This document shows, piece after piece, positions 1 to 13,076 of a DNA stretch of 64,000 bases. Under the pieces are notes generated by a model. It had not been told where the DNA came from, did no database searches, and was given only the letters and a program-made list of their open reading frames with translations. Position 1 is the stretch's first letter; each line of letters begins with the position of its first letter. The stretch comes from Callorhinchus milii (Eukaryota), in NCBI RefSeq assembly GCF_018977255.1, contig NW_024704743.1, positions 32,614,001-32,678,000 on the forward strand, written 5' to 3'. The translations under genes were made by a program, and so were the position numbers.

Positions 1-2613
1 CCATTGCAGTTTTGAATTCAGTTCATTCATGTGGCCCATGATATCAACGGCAAATGCGAAATCAGATTTGCATCATTCAGCTGTGGGAAATCTGAATCTT
101 TTTGTTTCATGTCCAAAAATAAATCAATCTCTGTTCTCAGTTCCCACACTCTTTTCAAGACCTTTCCTAAACTTAGCCATCTTACATTCGTGTGATATAC
201 AACATCCGTGTGCTCGGATTCCAATTCCTCAAGCAGTCACAAATTGCATGTGGTTTAATCCTCTTGCTCGAATGTAGTTGACCACTTTTGTAACTGTGTC
301 CATGACATTGCTTAGTTTTAGAACACTCTTACAGAGGACCTCTTGGTGGATAATGTAGTGTAGAAAAACAAGATTCTGTTCTGGATTTGTTTCTTTGCCT
401 TGATCTTGAATTCTTTTCAGTAACCCAACATTTTTGCCTGTCAGGTTTGGGCTTCCATCGGTGGTCACATTCACCAATTTTTTACATAGGAACATAGGAA
501 TTAGCAGCAGGAGTAGGCCATTTGGCCACTCGAGCCTGCCCTGCCATTCAATAGGATCATGGCTGATCTTCTAACCTAACACCATCTGCCCGCCTTATCC
601 CCATATCCCTTAATTCCTCTATGCTTTAGAAACCTATCAATCTCAGTCTTGAATATGTTCAAGGACTGAACATCTACAGCCTTCTGAGGTAGAGAATTCC
701 ATAAATTCACTACCCTCTGAGTGAAGAAGTGTTTCCTCAACTCTGTTCGAAAGGGCTGTCCCTTAATCTTAATACTGTGACCCCTAGTTACAGATTCTCA
801 AGCCCCAGAAAAATTTTATATGTTTCTATAAGATCACCCTTAATTCTTCTATATTTTAGAGAATATAGGCCTAGTTTACTCAAACTATCCTCATAGATCA
901 ACCTCCTTATCCCAGGAACTAACCTAGTGAATCTACGCTGCACCCCCTCTAAGGCAAGTATGTTCTTCCTTAAATAAGACCTAAACTGCACACAATATTC
1001 TAGGTGCGCTCTCACCAAGGCCCTAAACAGTTGCAGCAAGACTTCCCTACTCTTGTATTCTAGCCCTTTTTGCAATAAACGCCAACATGCCATTAGCCTT
1101 CCTAGTTGCTTGCTGTACCTGCATACTAACTTTTTGTGACTGGTGTACAAGGACACCCAATCCCTCTGAACCCTAACACTATCTAGTCTCTCCCCCTCCA
1201 GAAAATAATCTGCTTTTCTGTTTTTACTACTTAGGTGAATAACTTCACACTTCCCCACATTATATTCCATCTGCCACCTTCTTGCCCATTCACATAGCCT
1301 ATCTATATCCGTTTGCAATCTTTTTGTGTCATCCTCAGAGCTTACTCTCCCACCTAGCTTAGTATCATCGCAAATTTAGATATTTTAAGATCTATGTCCT
1401 CATCCAGACCATTGATATAGATTGATATATAGCCTCCTGTATAGAGTCAGTTTACCCATCCTCCTCACATGCTTCCTTGTCCACACAGGTTGCAAATATC
1501 TTGTACCTGTTGGACAAGGTTAAAGCCCGGGGCTTCTCCGCCACTCTCTCTGGGGTCCCCTTACCTGCTTGACTTTGTACCCTTTGCTAGGCCTCGGCTC
1601 CGCCCCGCTCCACTCCTAATTTTAAGATACACTTATTCACTGCCTCCAAAAAGTCTTCTCCAGTTGTCGTGTCTTTCATTGACTGCATTGATGCCAATTC
1701 TTCTGTGAGCTCAAAATGTTTGGTGATACCTCGAATAAAAATTATCAACTAGGCTGTGTCTTTGACATCACAACTCTCATCGAGTGCCAGTGAAAAACAT
1801 GCAAGATTGCTTACTTTATTTTTTTAATTGCAGATACAGCTTCTCAGAGATATCTCCGATACATCTCACAATAGTTTGCCTTGGCAAGCTAATGTTCTCA
1901 AACTGCTTTTTCTTATCTGGGTGTAAAATCGAGGCAGAGCCAACCAAACATTGCTTTATAAATTCTCCTTCAGAGGATAGTTTGCTGTTCTTGGCGATTT
2001 TGCATGCAATCACGTAACTCACTCTTTTAATCTCATCCTAGGACACAAATTGTTTTATGGAAATGCTTTGCTCTTTTTGCATTCGAACAACCATCTCATC
2101 AGCTTTCTTTCCTTTCTCTTTGGCAGAAACATTCTTATATTTGCAAGCATGTTTGTTCTCAAAATGGGGATTCAAGTTGTAGTCTTTGAGCACTCACACA
2201 CATTCTTTGCAAATTAAGCACACAGCTTTTCCACTCACAGTGGTACAAAAATATGTAGAAGTCCATTCTTTGTTGAATATTTGGCCTTCAGCGTCCACTT
2301 TCCGCTTCTTTGATAAACTCATTTTGAATTAACGTCCTCTTCAGTGAAAAGTACTGCCGCGGTTTCAACGTGATTGAAAATTTGCCGATCGGTACATTTC
2401 TGACGTCAGCCTGATTCAACCCTTAAGGGAGCGTGCGCACAACTAAGCAGTGCGATTGGCTGATGTTCCCGGTCAGATTCAAGTGCGAAATTTGTGGGAC
2501 TTTCTGGGACTGAACGAACAATAATTTTTTCTATTGCCAGACACAATGACGGGCTGGATAGAATCATTTGGCGGGCTGGATATGGCCCCCGGGCCGTATT
2601 TTGACCACCCCTG
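1..2613 (-). mobile_element. hAT (Charlie/SPIN-like) DNA transposon copy 1, interrupted by CR1 at about 485-1617
   Basis: Transposase motifs KRKVDAE, CLIC...H (BED-like), LALDE, TTDGSPN, HYIIHQEVLC, VRWLSLGKVLKR. Terminal CAGGGGTGGTCAA at 2613. Runs off the window start. Confidence 0.9.
485..1617 (-). mobile_element. Internally deleted CR1 LINE
   Basis: CR1 RT 3' end (WQMEYNVGKCEVIH, LEYCVQF) with (TTCCTATG)-type tail, joined to ORF1 and 5'-end pieces matching the element at 56.5-60.5 kb. Confidence 0.88.
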
Positions 2614-4359
2614 GAATAATGCCTCACCACATAGAGGTGATTATGTCCCCTATGTTTGTGAGCATCATCATGTTTGGAGAATGAGACCTACAAGGCTGAA
2701 TCCTAATTTCAATGGGTTTAAATTCTGATATTGGCCAGATTAAACCAAACAGGTTCAATTCGGATGGCTTCAGATTTAGAATCTGGATCACTGCATATCC
2801 CTAACGAATTATTACTAAATAGTCCTTTGTTTATTTACTGGGTAAAATGTAGAATATAAGAGGCTGCTGGGGAAAAAATTCTGGGGAGCATTCCACACAT
2901 CACCTTTTATTTCGGGAGGATATCCCAAGGCGCTGACTGTGCACCACCAAAGCTTCTGCATATATCGCTCACTGTAATTTTAACCTGTGGATTACTGAGT
3001 GTGCTGTAAAATTGATCTCTGATCCCTATGATTTGGATTGAACCCAATCCACTTTGTTGTTGTATGGTTCTGTAGGGAAATGACTATGGGCAATCCAGCA
3101 CTTCCTGGTAGGTGCAGACACACATGATCCATTATTAATACCACAACCATTCAGAGAAGTGTTTGCAAACACAATACACGGTCACCTTGATGAGGCAAGG
3201 TAGCCCAGCATCCTGTTTGCTTTTGTGCTAACTGGAAGGGCCTTTGCACTTTCCACTGTACAGAACTCAGCACCTTAGTGCAATACATGTGATCATTATC
3301 AAAATCTTGTGATACATGTTGAGAGGTACTCCCATTATGAGATACTAAATCAAATGTAAGGATTATTATTATTATATATTAATATTGGAGTGTAATCTTA
3401 AACACAATATTCACATACTTAGTAACTTGTTGCTAGTAACCAGATGTGCATCACACTGATCCAAAACACCTAGTAGTTTCCATCAATGCAGTAGGAGTTC
3501 TAGTTTGTAATTACCCTCTGGGTAAAGAAATAGTTCCTGGTTCCTCATCCAAAACTCTGCCGGCCGCATTCTCACCCGCACTATACTCCGCACCGCGATT
3601 ATCTCAGGCCTTGCTAAACTCATTGGTTTCCTGTCACAAAGCGGATCGACTTCCAGATCCTCACTCTAGTGTTTAAATCCCTCTACACCTTGGCATCCCC
3701 CTATCTCTCCAACCTCCTCTCCTCACAGCACTACCCGTTGTCTCCGCTCTACTGGTTCTGGCCGCTTCCTTGTTCCTCGTATCCTCCGTTCCACCAATGG
3801 CAGCTGTGTCTTCAGTCATTATGCCCCGAAGCTATGGAACTCCCTCCCTCAATCCCTTTCTCTTGCCCCCTCTTTCCCCGTTTTCAGGTGTCGCCTGAAG
3901 ACCTTCCTCTTAGACTGTGCCCCTGGTCACCTTCCCCTGGCTTGGCATCGGGCTCCACCATTGTTAAGTGCTCTGGGCCGCCGTCCGACGTGGAGGGCGC
4001 TATGTAAATGCAAGTTGGTGTTGGTGGTGTCAGTCCTGAAATTGTCATTTGCAACCTAACCATGTTCTCTTGTTTTGCTGTCTCGGTGCATACATAATTA
4101 TTGTTTTAAGTTTACTTTCTCAATCACATTTGAAATCTTATATACTTCTATATAGCACCCACTGAGACATCGCTTTACAAGATTTAGGACTAGTTCCATC
4201 TAGTTCGCCTTCCACCTTCCTGGCAGTTACATGCACATATGTCCAGAATATGTCATGATCTATATTGTCTTTCCCCTTTAGAATCTTAAAGACAGCAATC
4301 ATGTCGCCTCTCAATCTTCTCTTTTCCAGCGTGAACAAGCCCAGTTTACTTAGCTGCCC

Positions 4360-6922
4360 CCTCTCAAACAAAGCCCTTACCATCCACGACTTCATCCTGG
4401 ATGAGCATATTGACATCCTAGAGCTCACAGAGCCCGATGAAGCCGCACCCCTCATTGAAGCCTCCCCCACTGGCTACACCTTCCACCCCCCACCCCCTCC
4501 CCGGCCCCAACCGTTGTGGCTGTTGGGTGGCCCTCATTTCTCAAACCTCCCTTGGTCTATACCCCTATTCCTCTGGCTGTTTCCCCTCATTTGAGCACCT
4601 CACCCTGTACCATCCCTCCTCTCTCTCCCTCAAAATTCTCCTAGGCTACCTTCCCACCAAACCTCCTGGCTCCTTCCTCAAGGATATCTCCTGTCTCCTC
4701 TCATCCCTGTCCCTCTGCACTGAATGCCTGTTTATCATGGGTGATTTCAATCTTCACTTCAACTCCTCCTGCCCCACCTCATCTGACTTCACTGCCAGCC
4801 TCTCCACTCTAAACCTCACCCTCCATATTAATTCCCCGACCCACAACCGCGGCCATCCCTTTGACCTTGTCATCACCCTTGGCCTAGACATCTCTGGTCT
4901 GTCCATCACAGACAAGGCTATCCCTGACCACTTCATCTCCCTCTCTTCCCATATCCCCCTCCCCTCCTCTTTTTCTGCCTGTGGAAAAAGCTTCTGCCCA
5001 ACTCCTTCACAAACTCCCTCTCATCCTTGGACCTTCTCTCCCTCTGGCCTTCCATCTGCAATGATCCTGATGCAGCCGTCGAGTTGCTAAACGATTGCCT
5101 CTCCTCCACCTTTAATTTCCTTGTTCCCCTGAAATTCAGGACCATCTCCAAACCTACCCACTCCCTGGTACAACAGTCACCTCTGCTCCCTCAAATCCCA
5201 AACCCAGTTGCTTGAGCACAGATAGCACAAAACCGGCCTCACACATTATCGCCAGCTATGGACGGAGCATCTTCACACCTACCGCCGCTCCCTCTCGCAA
5301 GCCCAAACTGTATTCTACTCACAGGTCATTCTGGAAGCCAAAAATAACTCCAAAATCCTACTCTCCACCATCCACCACCTCCTCCTCGTGGCCTATCAAG
5401 CACCCTCAATCCTGACATCCAATGCCAAGTGCAAAGAGGTCTTAGATTTCTTTATCTCTAAGATAGGTAACATCCACCCGGCCACCGCCTCCTCCTCCTC
5501 TTCCTCCTGCCCCATGTCCCCCATCCACTCCAACCCCCATTCCTTCTCCATCACCCACTCCTACTCCCAAAGCTCCATGCATGGACCCAACCTACATTTC
5601 TTTGTCACCATCTCTCCTTCCTCCCTCTCATCCTCCATCACCAGGATGAAACTCACCACCTGATGCTTCGACCCCCTCCCCACCCAGCTGCCGGTTGCTC
5701 AACTCCCCCTCCTCTGCCCACTGCTGGCAGACACCATTTCTCAGGCTCAGTCCCACTCCCCCTCAAAACAGCTGTCATCACCCCCCTCCTTTAAAAACCT
5801 ACTCTCGATCCATTCAACCTAATGCACCATCGTCCCATTTCAAACCTGCCTTTCCTGGCCAAAAGCCCTGGAACCCGTTGTTGCAAACAACGCTCACATC
5901 TCGCCCTCCACTGCCTACTCAAACCCCTCCAGTCTGGTTTCCACCCAGCCCACAGCACAGAGACAGCGCTCGTAAAAGTAAAATAATAACATCCTCTCTC
6001 TCTGTGATTTGGGCTCCATCTGCCTTCTCATTCTCCTGGACCTCTCTGCTGCATTCGACACAGTCAAACCATGCCATCCTCCACCACCACCGCTCCTCCC
6101 TCATCCACCTCAGTGGGACCACACTCTTATGGTACAAATGCTACTTAACAAACCTAATATTATTATATTATTATACTTAACAAACCTCTAGCACTTAATC
6201 TCAGCAAATGTTTTTTCCTCTCGCCCCACTCGGGGGGCTACCCCAAGAGTCCATTCTTGGCACCCTTCTTTTCCTCATCTACACGCTCCCGCTCTGCGAT
6301 GTCATCCGCAGACTTGGGGTCAACTTCCACATGTATACGGATACAACAACAACAACAACTTGGATTTATATAGCGCCCTCCACGCCGGACGGCGTCTGGA
6401 TGACACCCAAATCTACTTATCGTCTTCCAGCTGCAATTCCCGGTCCGCTGATGTCCTGTCAGCTTGTTTGACGGATGTCAAGGCCTGGATGAGCGCAAAG
6501 TTCCTGCACCTGAATGTTGGCAAGATGGAAGCCATACTCTTTAGCTTCCTTCAACGTCTTCTCTCCTGCAAGTCCAAACTCCTCAACCTCCCCGGGCTCT
6601 CCCTCAGAATCTCCGAACCTGTGTGCAACTTAGGCGTCAGGTTCGATCCACAGCTTTCCTTTCTTCCCCACATCTGTTTCCTCACTAGGACCCTTTTTTT
6701 CCACCTCTGCCACATTGCCCGGCTCCATCCGTCCCTCACAACCAACCCTTGTCCACGCCTTCGTCTTCCCGGCTGACCTATTCTAATGCTCTCCTCACTG
6801 GTCTCCCCAGCTCCACATACACAAAATCCAATGAATTAAAAACTCCACCATCCGGATTACTCACCCACACGAAACTCCATACCCCAATCACACCAGTCCG
6901 TGCCAGGTTTCACTGGCTCCCA
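4360..6922 (+). mobile_element. Degenerate L2-clade LINE ORF2
   Basis: Endonuclease (MGDFNLH, PTHNRGHPFDLVIT) and RT ([30 protein letters not shown]) with the C-rich sense strand typical of L2. Confidence 0.9.
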
Positions 6923-7048
6923 AGGTCAGTCCTTTAGAACTGAGTCGAGAAAACATTTCTTCACTCAGAGGGTAGTGAATTTATGGAATTCTCAAGACTG
7001 AGATTGATAGATTTTTAAAAACTAAAGGGATTAAGGGATATGGGGATA

Positions 7049-8555
7049 CAACAACAACAACAACAAGATTTCATTTATAGAGCGCCTTTCACGTCGGGAG
7101 GACGTCCCAAGGCGCTGTACAGTTGGGTCAGGACCCGAGCATTGGGGGGAAATGGTCAGGGTGAGGGGAGGGAAGGGAGGGAGCGAGGAGGGGGTAGAGA
7201 GTCGAGAGGGGAGCTGAAGGCACGGTCAAAGAGAAAGGTCTTGAGACCGGCCTTGAAGGAGGAAAGGGAGGAGGCGGCGAAGGCACTGGGGGATAGAGTT
7301 CCAGAGCCTCGGGGCTGAGAGGCTGAAGGCCCGGCCACCGATGGTAGGGCGGTTGGGGCCGGGGGTGTGGAGCAGCCCGGAGCCAGAGGAACGGAGGGTA
7401 CGGGCAGGTAAATTGGGGGATAGTAGGTCGGAGAGGTAGGAGGGAGCAAGGCCGTGAATGGCCTTGTAGGTGAGGATGAGAATCTTGAATTCGATCCTCT
7501 GGGGGATGGGGAGCCAGTGGAGGTGAGCGAGGGTGGGAGTGATGTAGTCCCGAAGCCTGGTGCGGGACAGTACACGAGCTGCAGAGTTCTGAATGACCTG
7601 CAGCTTGTGGAGGGAGGTGCCGGGAAGGCCGGCGAGGAGAGAGTTCCCATAGTCCAGCCTTGAGGTGATAAAGGCGTGGACCAGAGTTTCAGCAGCGTGA
7701 GGGGTGAGGTAATGTCTGGCGACATTCCGGAGGTGATGGAAGGCGGTGCCAGTTGTGGCGCGGATATGAGGGAGAAAGGACAGCTCAGGGTCGAACAGAA
7801 CCCCGAGGTTCCTGATGGCTTTGAGAGGTGGAGAGTGCAGCCTTGGATGCTGATGCTGTCAGCGCCTGAGGTGCGGAGGCGCTGATGTGAGCCAATCAGG
7901 AGGGCCTCAGTTTTGCGCACGTTGAGCTGAAGAAAGTTGTCTCTCGTCCAGGACTCGATGTCGGACAGACAGGCTGTCAGGACATCGGGGGTCGTGGAGT
8001 TGAGGGTAGAGGAGGAAAGGTAGAGTTGGGTGTCATCCGCATACATGTGGAAGTTAACCCCATGTCTGCGGATGATGTCACCAAGGGGGAGCATATAGAT
8101 GGTGAAGAGGAGGGGACCGAGGACAGAGCCCTGAGGGACACCGCACGAGACAGTGCGGGGGCCGGAGGAAAAACCATTTGTGGAGACAAAGTGGAGATGT
8201 TGGTAGAGGTACGACCTAAACCACTCAAGGACAGGGCCTTGAAGGTTGAGGTGGGAGGACAGGCGGTGGAGGAGGATAGCGTGGTCGACCGTATCGAATG
8301 CTGCCGATAGGTCGAGGAGGACGAGGAGGCAGAGGGAGCCCTGGTCACAGATGGTCAGGATGTCATTGGTGACCTTGACCAGGGCAGTTTCTGTGTTATG
8401 GGCAGCACGGAAACCCGACTGAAGGGGTTCGAATAGTGAATGGTTGGAGAGGAAAGAGCGCAGCTGGGAGGCGACAACTCGTTCCAGGACCTTGGACAGG
8501 AAGGGGAGGTTGGAGATGGGCCGGTAGCTTGATAGCTGCGACGCATCAAGGGAGG
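7049..8555 (-). mobile_element. Young L2 LINE 3' portion nested in a CR1 3' end
   Basis: [21 protein letters not shown]; (TTG)n tail. The CR1 sequence gggatatggggata/gggtaaatggaattagg is split at 6923-7048 and 8556-8665. Confidence 0.9.
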
Positions 8556-8669
8556 GCGGGTAAATGGAATTAGGTTAGAAGATCAGCCATGATTTTATTA
8601 AATGGCGGGGCAGGCTTGAGGGGCCGAATGGCCTACTCCTGCTGCTATTTCTTATGTTCTTATCACACC

Positions 8670-9340
8670 ATCAAAGAAAACCAGCAAATTAGATTGAACC
8701 TACATTGGCTATCATATATGATTTTATTTCTGTCCAAGTGCTCAATGATTTTATCCTTGATAAGAATCTCCATAACTTTACCCACGATGGACGTCAAACT
8801 TAATGGTCTCTAATTTCCTGGGTCACTTTTGTTACCTTTCTTATAAATAGGAGAAACATCCGCCTTTCTCCAGTTCCCCGGCACTTCTCCAATATTTGAT
8901 GATTTCTGAAAGATTTGTGCCAGTGTTTCTGCAACTTTGTTCCTTAAAGATCCTCGGATGCAATTTATCCGGCCTCTAAGATTTATTTACCTTAAGTTTG
9001 CACAGCTGTTTGGAAACCATGCTAACAGTGATATGAATAGTGTCGCAACTTTCTTCTTCAATACCTTTGAGTTCTCTTTCCAGATCAGACAGGTTGCCGA
9101 TCTCCTTCTTAGTAAAAAAAAACCTATTGAGCACTATTACAGCCTGTGTAGCATTATTTTTCATGTCCTCTCCCGAACCCACCTTCAATGAACCTATTCG
9201 ATTGCTTGGTTTTCTTTTACTCTTAATGTAACTGAAAAACGTTTTGTTATTATCCTTTGTTTCTCTTGCCATATTCAATTCAAAGTTTTTCTTTGCCATT
9301 CTGATGCCTTTTTTTTACAGTCTGATGCCTTCTTGGTATT
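8670..9340 (-). mobile_element. Old CR1 ORF2 fragment
   Basis: KDNNKTFFSYIKSKRK...IGSL, LKVNKS, and PGN*RPLSLTS on the minus strand. Confidence 0.75.
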
Positions 9341-9973
9341 GAATCAGACTGTGTATACACCTGTGTATGAATTTCGGAGACTTGAACTCAACTGATTTGG
9401 CAAAAGAGCCCAGCGTCCTGTTTGTTTTTTGTGCTAACTGAAAGGATCTTTGGATTTTCCACTGTGCCGAACTCAGCATTTTACTGCCAATTCAAAGAAA
9501 ACTGGCCAATGCTTCAAGTCAGGTATATTCAGGAGCAATAAATATGATCAATATCAAAGTTTATTGTGAAACACTTGCAGGTATGATAGCCTGGATAGAA
9601 AAGTGCCAAAATTTGCCAAAAATCGCAGAGGGGTGCACAAATTTTGCAGAGAATTGTGGGGGTTTGGGGCAGATTTTGCAGAAAATGACAGGGAGTTCAT
9701 TGGTCCTATTGAAGTGCATTTTACTGCCAACCTACATTTTTTCACTTCATTGATAAAAATGAAACCTGAGGAAATAACACATATTAGATTGTTGCAAAAA
9801 ATATTAATTGCTTCCTTAACAAAAACTGGGTGCTCTTTTTCGGTAGCATGGCTACAAGGGCTTTTAGGGCCCAGCACCGCACACAGACCCAATATGCATC
9901 TTCTATTACGGACCAAAGCCATCAAGCAAAAGAATGGAACTTATTATTGCATCACAAACTTAATAATAGAATA

Positions 9974-10725
9974 CAACAACAATATTTATAGAGAGCCTTT
10001 CATGTTGGGAAGACGTCCCAAGGTGCTGGACAGTCAGGGGTCAGGACCCGAGCATGGGGGAGGGGGGTAAGGATGAGGGAAGGCAGAGAGGTGAGAGGGC
10101 GACCGAAGGCACGATCGACGAGGAGGGTCTTGAGACCGGCCTTGAAGGAGGCAAGGGAGGAAGCGAGGCGAAGGGACTGTGGGATGGAGTTCCACAGTGT
10201 GGGGGCAGAGAGGCTGAAAGCCCGGCCACAGATGGTAGGGCAGGTCGGGCAGAAGACAAGGAGCAGGCCGGAGCCTGATGAACAGAGGGAGCGGGCAGGT
10301 TGGTAGCGAGTCAGCAGGTCAGAGAGGTAGGAGAGGGCAAGACCATGGATGGCTTGAAAGTGAGGACGAGGATCTTGAACTCGATCCTCTGGGGGATGGG
10401 GAGCCAGTGGAGTCGGGCGAGGGTGGGAGTGATGGGGTCACGGAGCCGGTGCATGAGAGTACACAAGCTGCAGAGTTTTGGATGATTTGCAGCTTGTGAA
10501 GGGAAGAGTTGGGAAGGCCGATGAGGAGGGAGTTTCCATAATCGAGCCTTGATGTGACGATCGCGTGGGTGAGGGTTTCGGCAGCCTGAGGGGTGAGGCA
10601 GTGTTGAAGTCTGGCAATGTTGCGGAGGTGATAGTAGGCAGTGCGGTCATGGCGCGGATGTGGATGAGAAAGGACAGTTCAGGGTCAAACAAGACACCCA
10701 GGTTCCTGACTGGCTTAGTGAGGAT
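9974..10725 (-). mobile_element. L2 3' fragment
   Basis: [15 protein letters not shown] and the same 3' tail as 7049-7300. Confidence 0.85.
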
Positions 10726-11282
10726 ACAATGAAATGTGCACACAGAGTACCCTGATATAAGATACAATCAAGACCTTGGTCTCACCTCAGTAATGTTTTT
10801 TGGCCAATTTACTAAGCATGTAAACTAATCTCCCATTTTAATCACTAATCTATTTCCGTCAAACAAAACTAATGCTTAAAACAACTGCAGTATACCTTAC
10901 TTATGCTATATCTTACTTTCAAAATTGTTTGGCAAACATAGGTTTGTACAGATTCAGATAAAGCATTACATCATTCTGTTAACCCAATCACATTTATTTT
11001 ATGTCTCTTATTTTTATGGAAACAAGAAAATGCCATTAAATGCTGACCTGGACGTGCTCATACTGCTGGCTGGCACTCAATGATATTTCCCTTTCGTCCT
11101 ACGCTCAAAAGCAGAACTATACACCCGCAGGCATTTCTTTATTTGGCGTTGTTAAAAATCATGTTTACTCAACCTCCACCTGCTCAATTCCAACTGGATC
11201 TTTTAATCTGATCTGAGACAAGGAATCATAAATGCATGCTGCTATGGAAGAGGAAAGGTGTGGAACCTATTGCTTTCTATAT

Positions 11283-11535
11283 AAGCAAAATGCAAAATAC
11301 TGCAGATGCTGGAAATGTGAAACAAAAAGAGAAGTCGCTGGGAGCACTCAAAAACAATAACAACAACACTCAGCGGGTCAGGCAACATCTATGGAGAAAG
11401 GAAAGTGAGTCAACGCTTTGGGTCCACGACCCTTTGTCAGTTCTGACGAAAGGTCGTGGACCCGAAAAGTTGACTCACTTTCCTTTCTCCACAGATGCTG
11501 CCTGACCCGCATGAGTGTACCCAGCGATTTCCTCT
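11283..11535. mobile_element. Palindromic Penelope-derived element (inverted pseudo-LTRs)
   Basis: Long inverted repeat centred near 11441, same sequence as the arms of 60931-61550. ctattgctt repeated on both flanks. Confidence 0.8.
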
Positions 11536-12149
11536 ATTGCTTCCCGTGTTGACACATCAACCTTGAGCCGGTGTAGCAAGGTTGGTGCTTGCTAACCGCG
11601 TTGCTCCAGTATTCAACTGCCTACTCAAGTGGCCTTGCGGGATGTGCAAACAGTTTTGAGTCAAAGCGGTTTAATGAATTTCGGGAGCTGGCTGACTCAA
11701 AGACTCCCACCTCCCAAACTCCTTGCTGCAGGTGTAGACTGGCACAGGATTTGATATCAGAAGAGGGTCTGGATAACCCTTTCACCCTTGTGCAACAGAA
11801 GGCAAGATTGCCAGCCATGTAATATCTTCCATTCACTATTCAAAATAAGTTTCTCCATACCATCATTAAATCCATTGTGCAGCAACGTTCCATTTGGTCT
11901 CCTTAAAGGTGGCAGGGAGTGTAGCACTGATCCCGGCAAAAATAACTCCTCGTCTTGAGCCACGCTTTCTGAGGTGAGCTTCAACACAGGCGAACCATCT
12001 AGGAGATTTGTTCTGGTGTTACTCTTATTGGGTCTAATCTGCACGGGGGTAAGAAATTAAAAAGAAAACACATAACCCATTAACATCGATGAAATCCGGT
12101 CAGATAGGGCGGCGGGAGACGGAATAGCTGAGTCGGAGTGGAATTTGGC

Positions 12150-12950
12150 TTGGTGTGGGGTGGTGGTGGTGTGCGGTGGTATATGGTGGTGGTGTGGGTG
12201 TGGTGGGGTGGTGGTGTGGGTGTGGTGGGGTGTGGGTGGTGTGTGGGTGTGGGTGGTGGGGTGGGTATGGGGTGGTGTGGTGTGGGGTGTGGGTGGTGTG
12301 GGGTGTGGGGTGGGGGTGGTGGGTGGGGTGGGTGTGGGTGGTGGTGGTGGGGTGGGGTGGGGTGGGTGGGGTGTGGGTGGTGGGGTGGGGTATGGGTGGT
12401 GTGGTGTGGGGTGTGGGTGGTGTGGGGTGTAGGGTGGGGTGTGGGTGGGTGTGGGGTGGTGTGGGGTGTGGGTGGGGTGTGGGTGGGGTGTGTGTGACGG
12501 GGTGTGGGTGGGGTGTGGGTGGGGTGTGGGTGGGTGGTGTGGGTGGGGTGGGGTGTGGGTGGGGTGGGTGGGGTGTGGGTGGTGGGGTGGGGTATGGGTG
12601 GTGTGTGTGGGGTGTGGGTGGTGTGGGGTGTGGGTGGGGTGTGGGTGGGGTGTGGGTGGTGGTGGGGTGTGGGGTGGGGTGTGGGTGGGGTGTGGGTGTG
12701 GGTGGTGTGGGGTGGGGGTGTGTGGGTGGGGTGTGGGTGGTGGGGTGGGGTATGGGGTGGTGTGGGGTGTGGGTGGTGTGGGGTGTGGGTGGGGTGTGGG
12801 TGGTGTGGGGTGTGGGGGGTGTGGTGGTGGTGTGGGGTGTGTGTGGTGTGTGTGTGGTGGTGGTGTGTGGGGTGTGGGTGGTGTGGGTGGGGTGGGGTGT
12901 GGGTGGGGTGGGGTGTGGGTGGGGTGGGTGGGGTGGTGTTGGGGTGGGGT
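12150..12950. repeat. G/T-rich low-complexity tract (GGGGT/GGT units) ending at a 25-N gap (12952-12976)
   Basis: Directly visible. Confidence 0.95.
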
Positions 12951-12998
12951 ANNNNNNNNNNNNNNNNNNNNNNNNNGGAGGCTCCCAGCGCTGTCAGG

Positions 12999-13076
12999 AT
13001 GGGATGCGGCACTTCCAGAGGGACTGCCACAAATCCCAAGGGTGGCCCCAGGGAGAGTCTGGAGCGAAGACCCAAG
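12999..13076 (+). CDS. Candidate orphan first coding exon MGCGTSRGTATNPKGGPRESLERRPK
   Basis: Strong Kozak context aggATGG, MGCxxS acylation motif, ends AAG|gtagat (phase 0). No downstream exon found. Confidence 0.3.

Noticed and set aside
11757..12050. 95-aa minus-strand ORF with acceptor-like site, and plus-strand hydrophobic stretch ending at a GTAAGA donor
   Set aside because: No recognisable domain, no ATG for the plus-strand peptide, and no partner exons.
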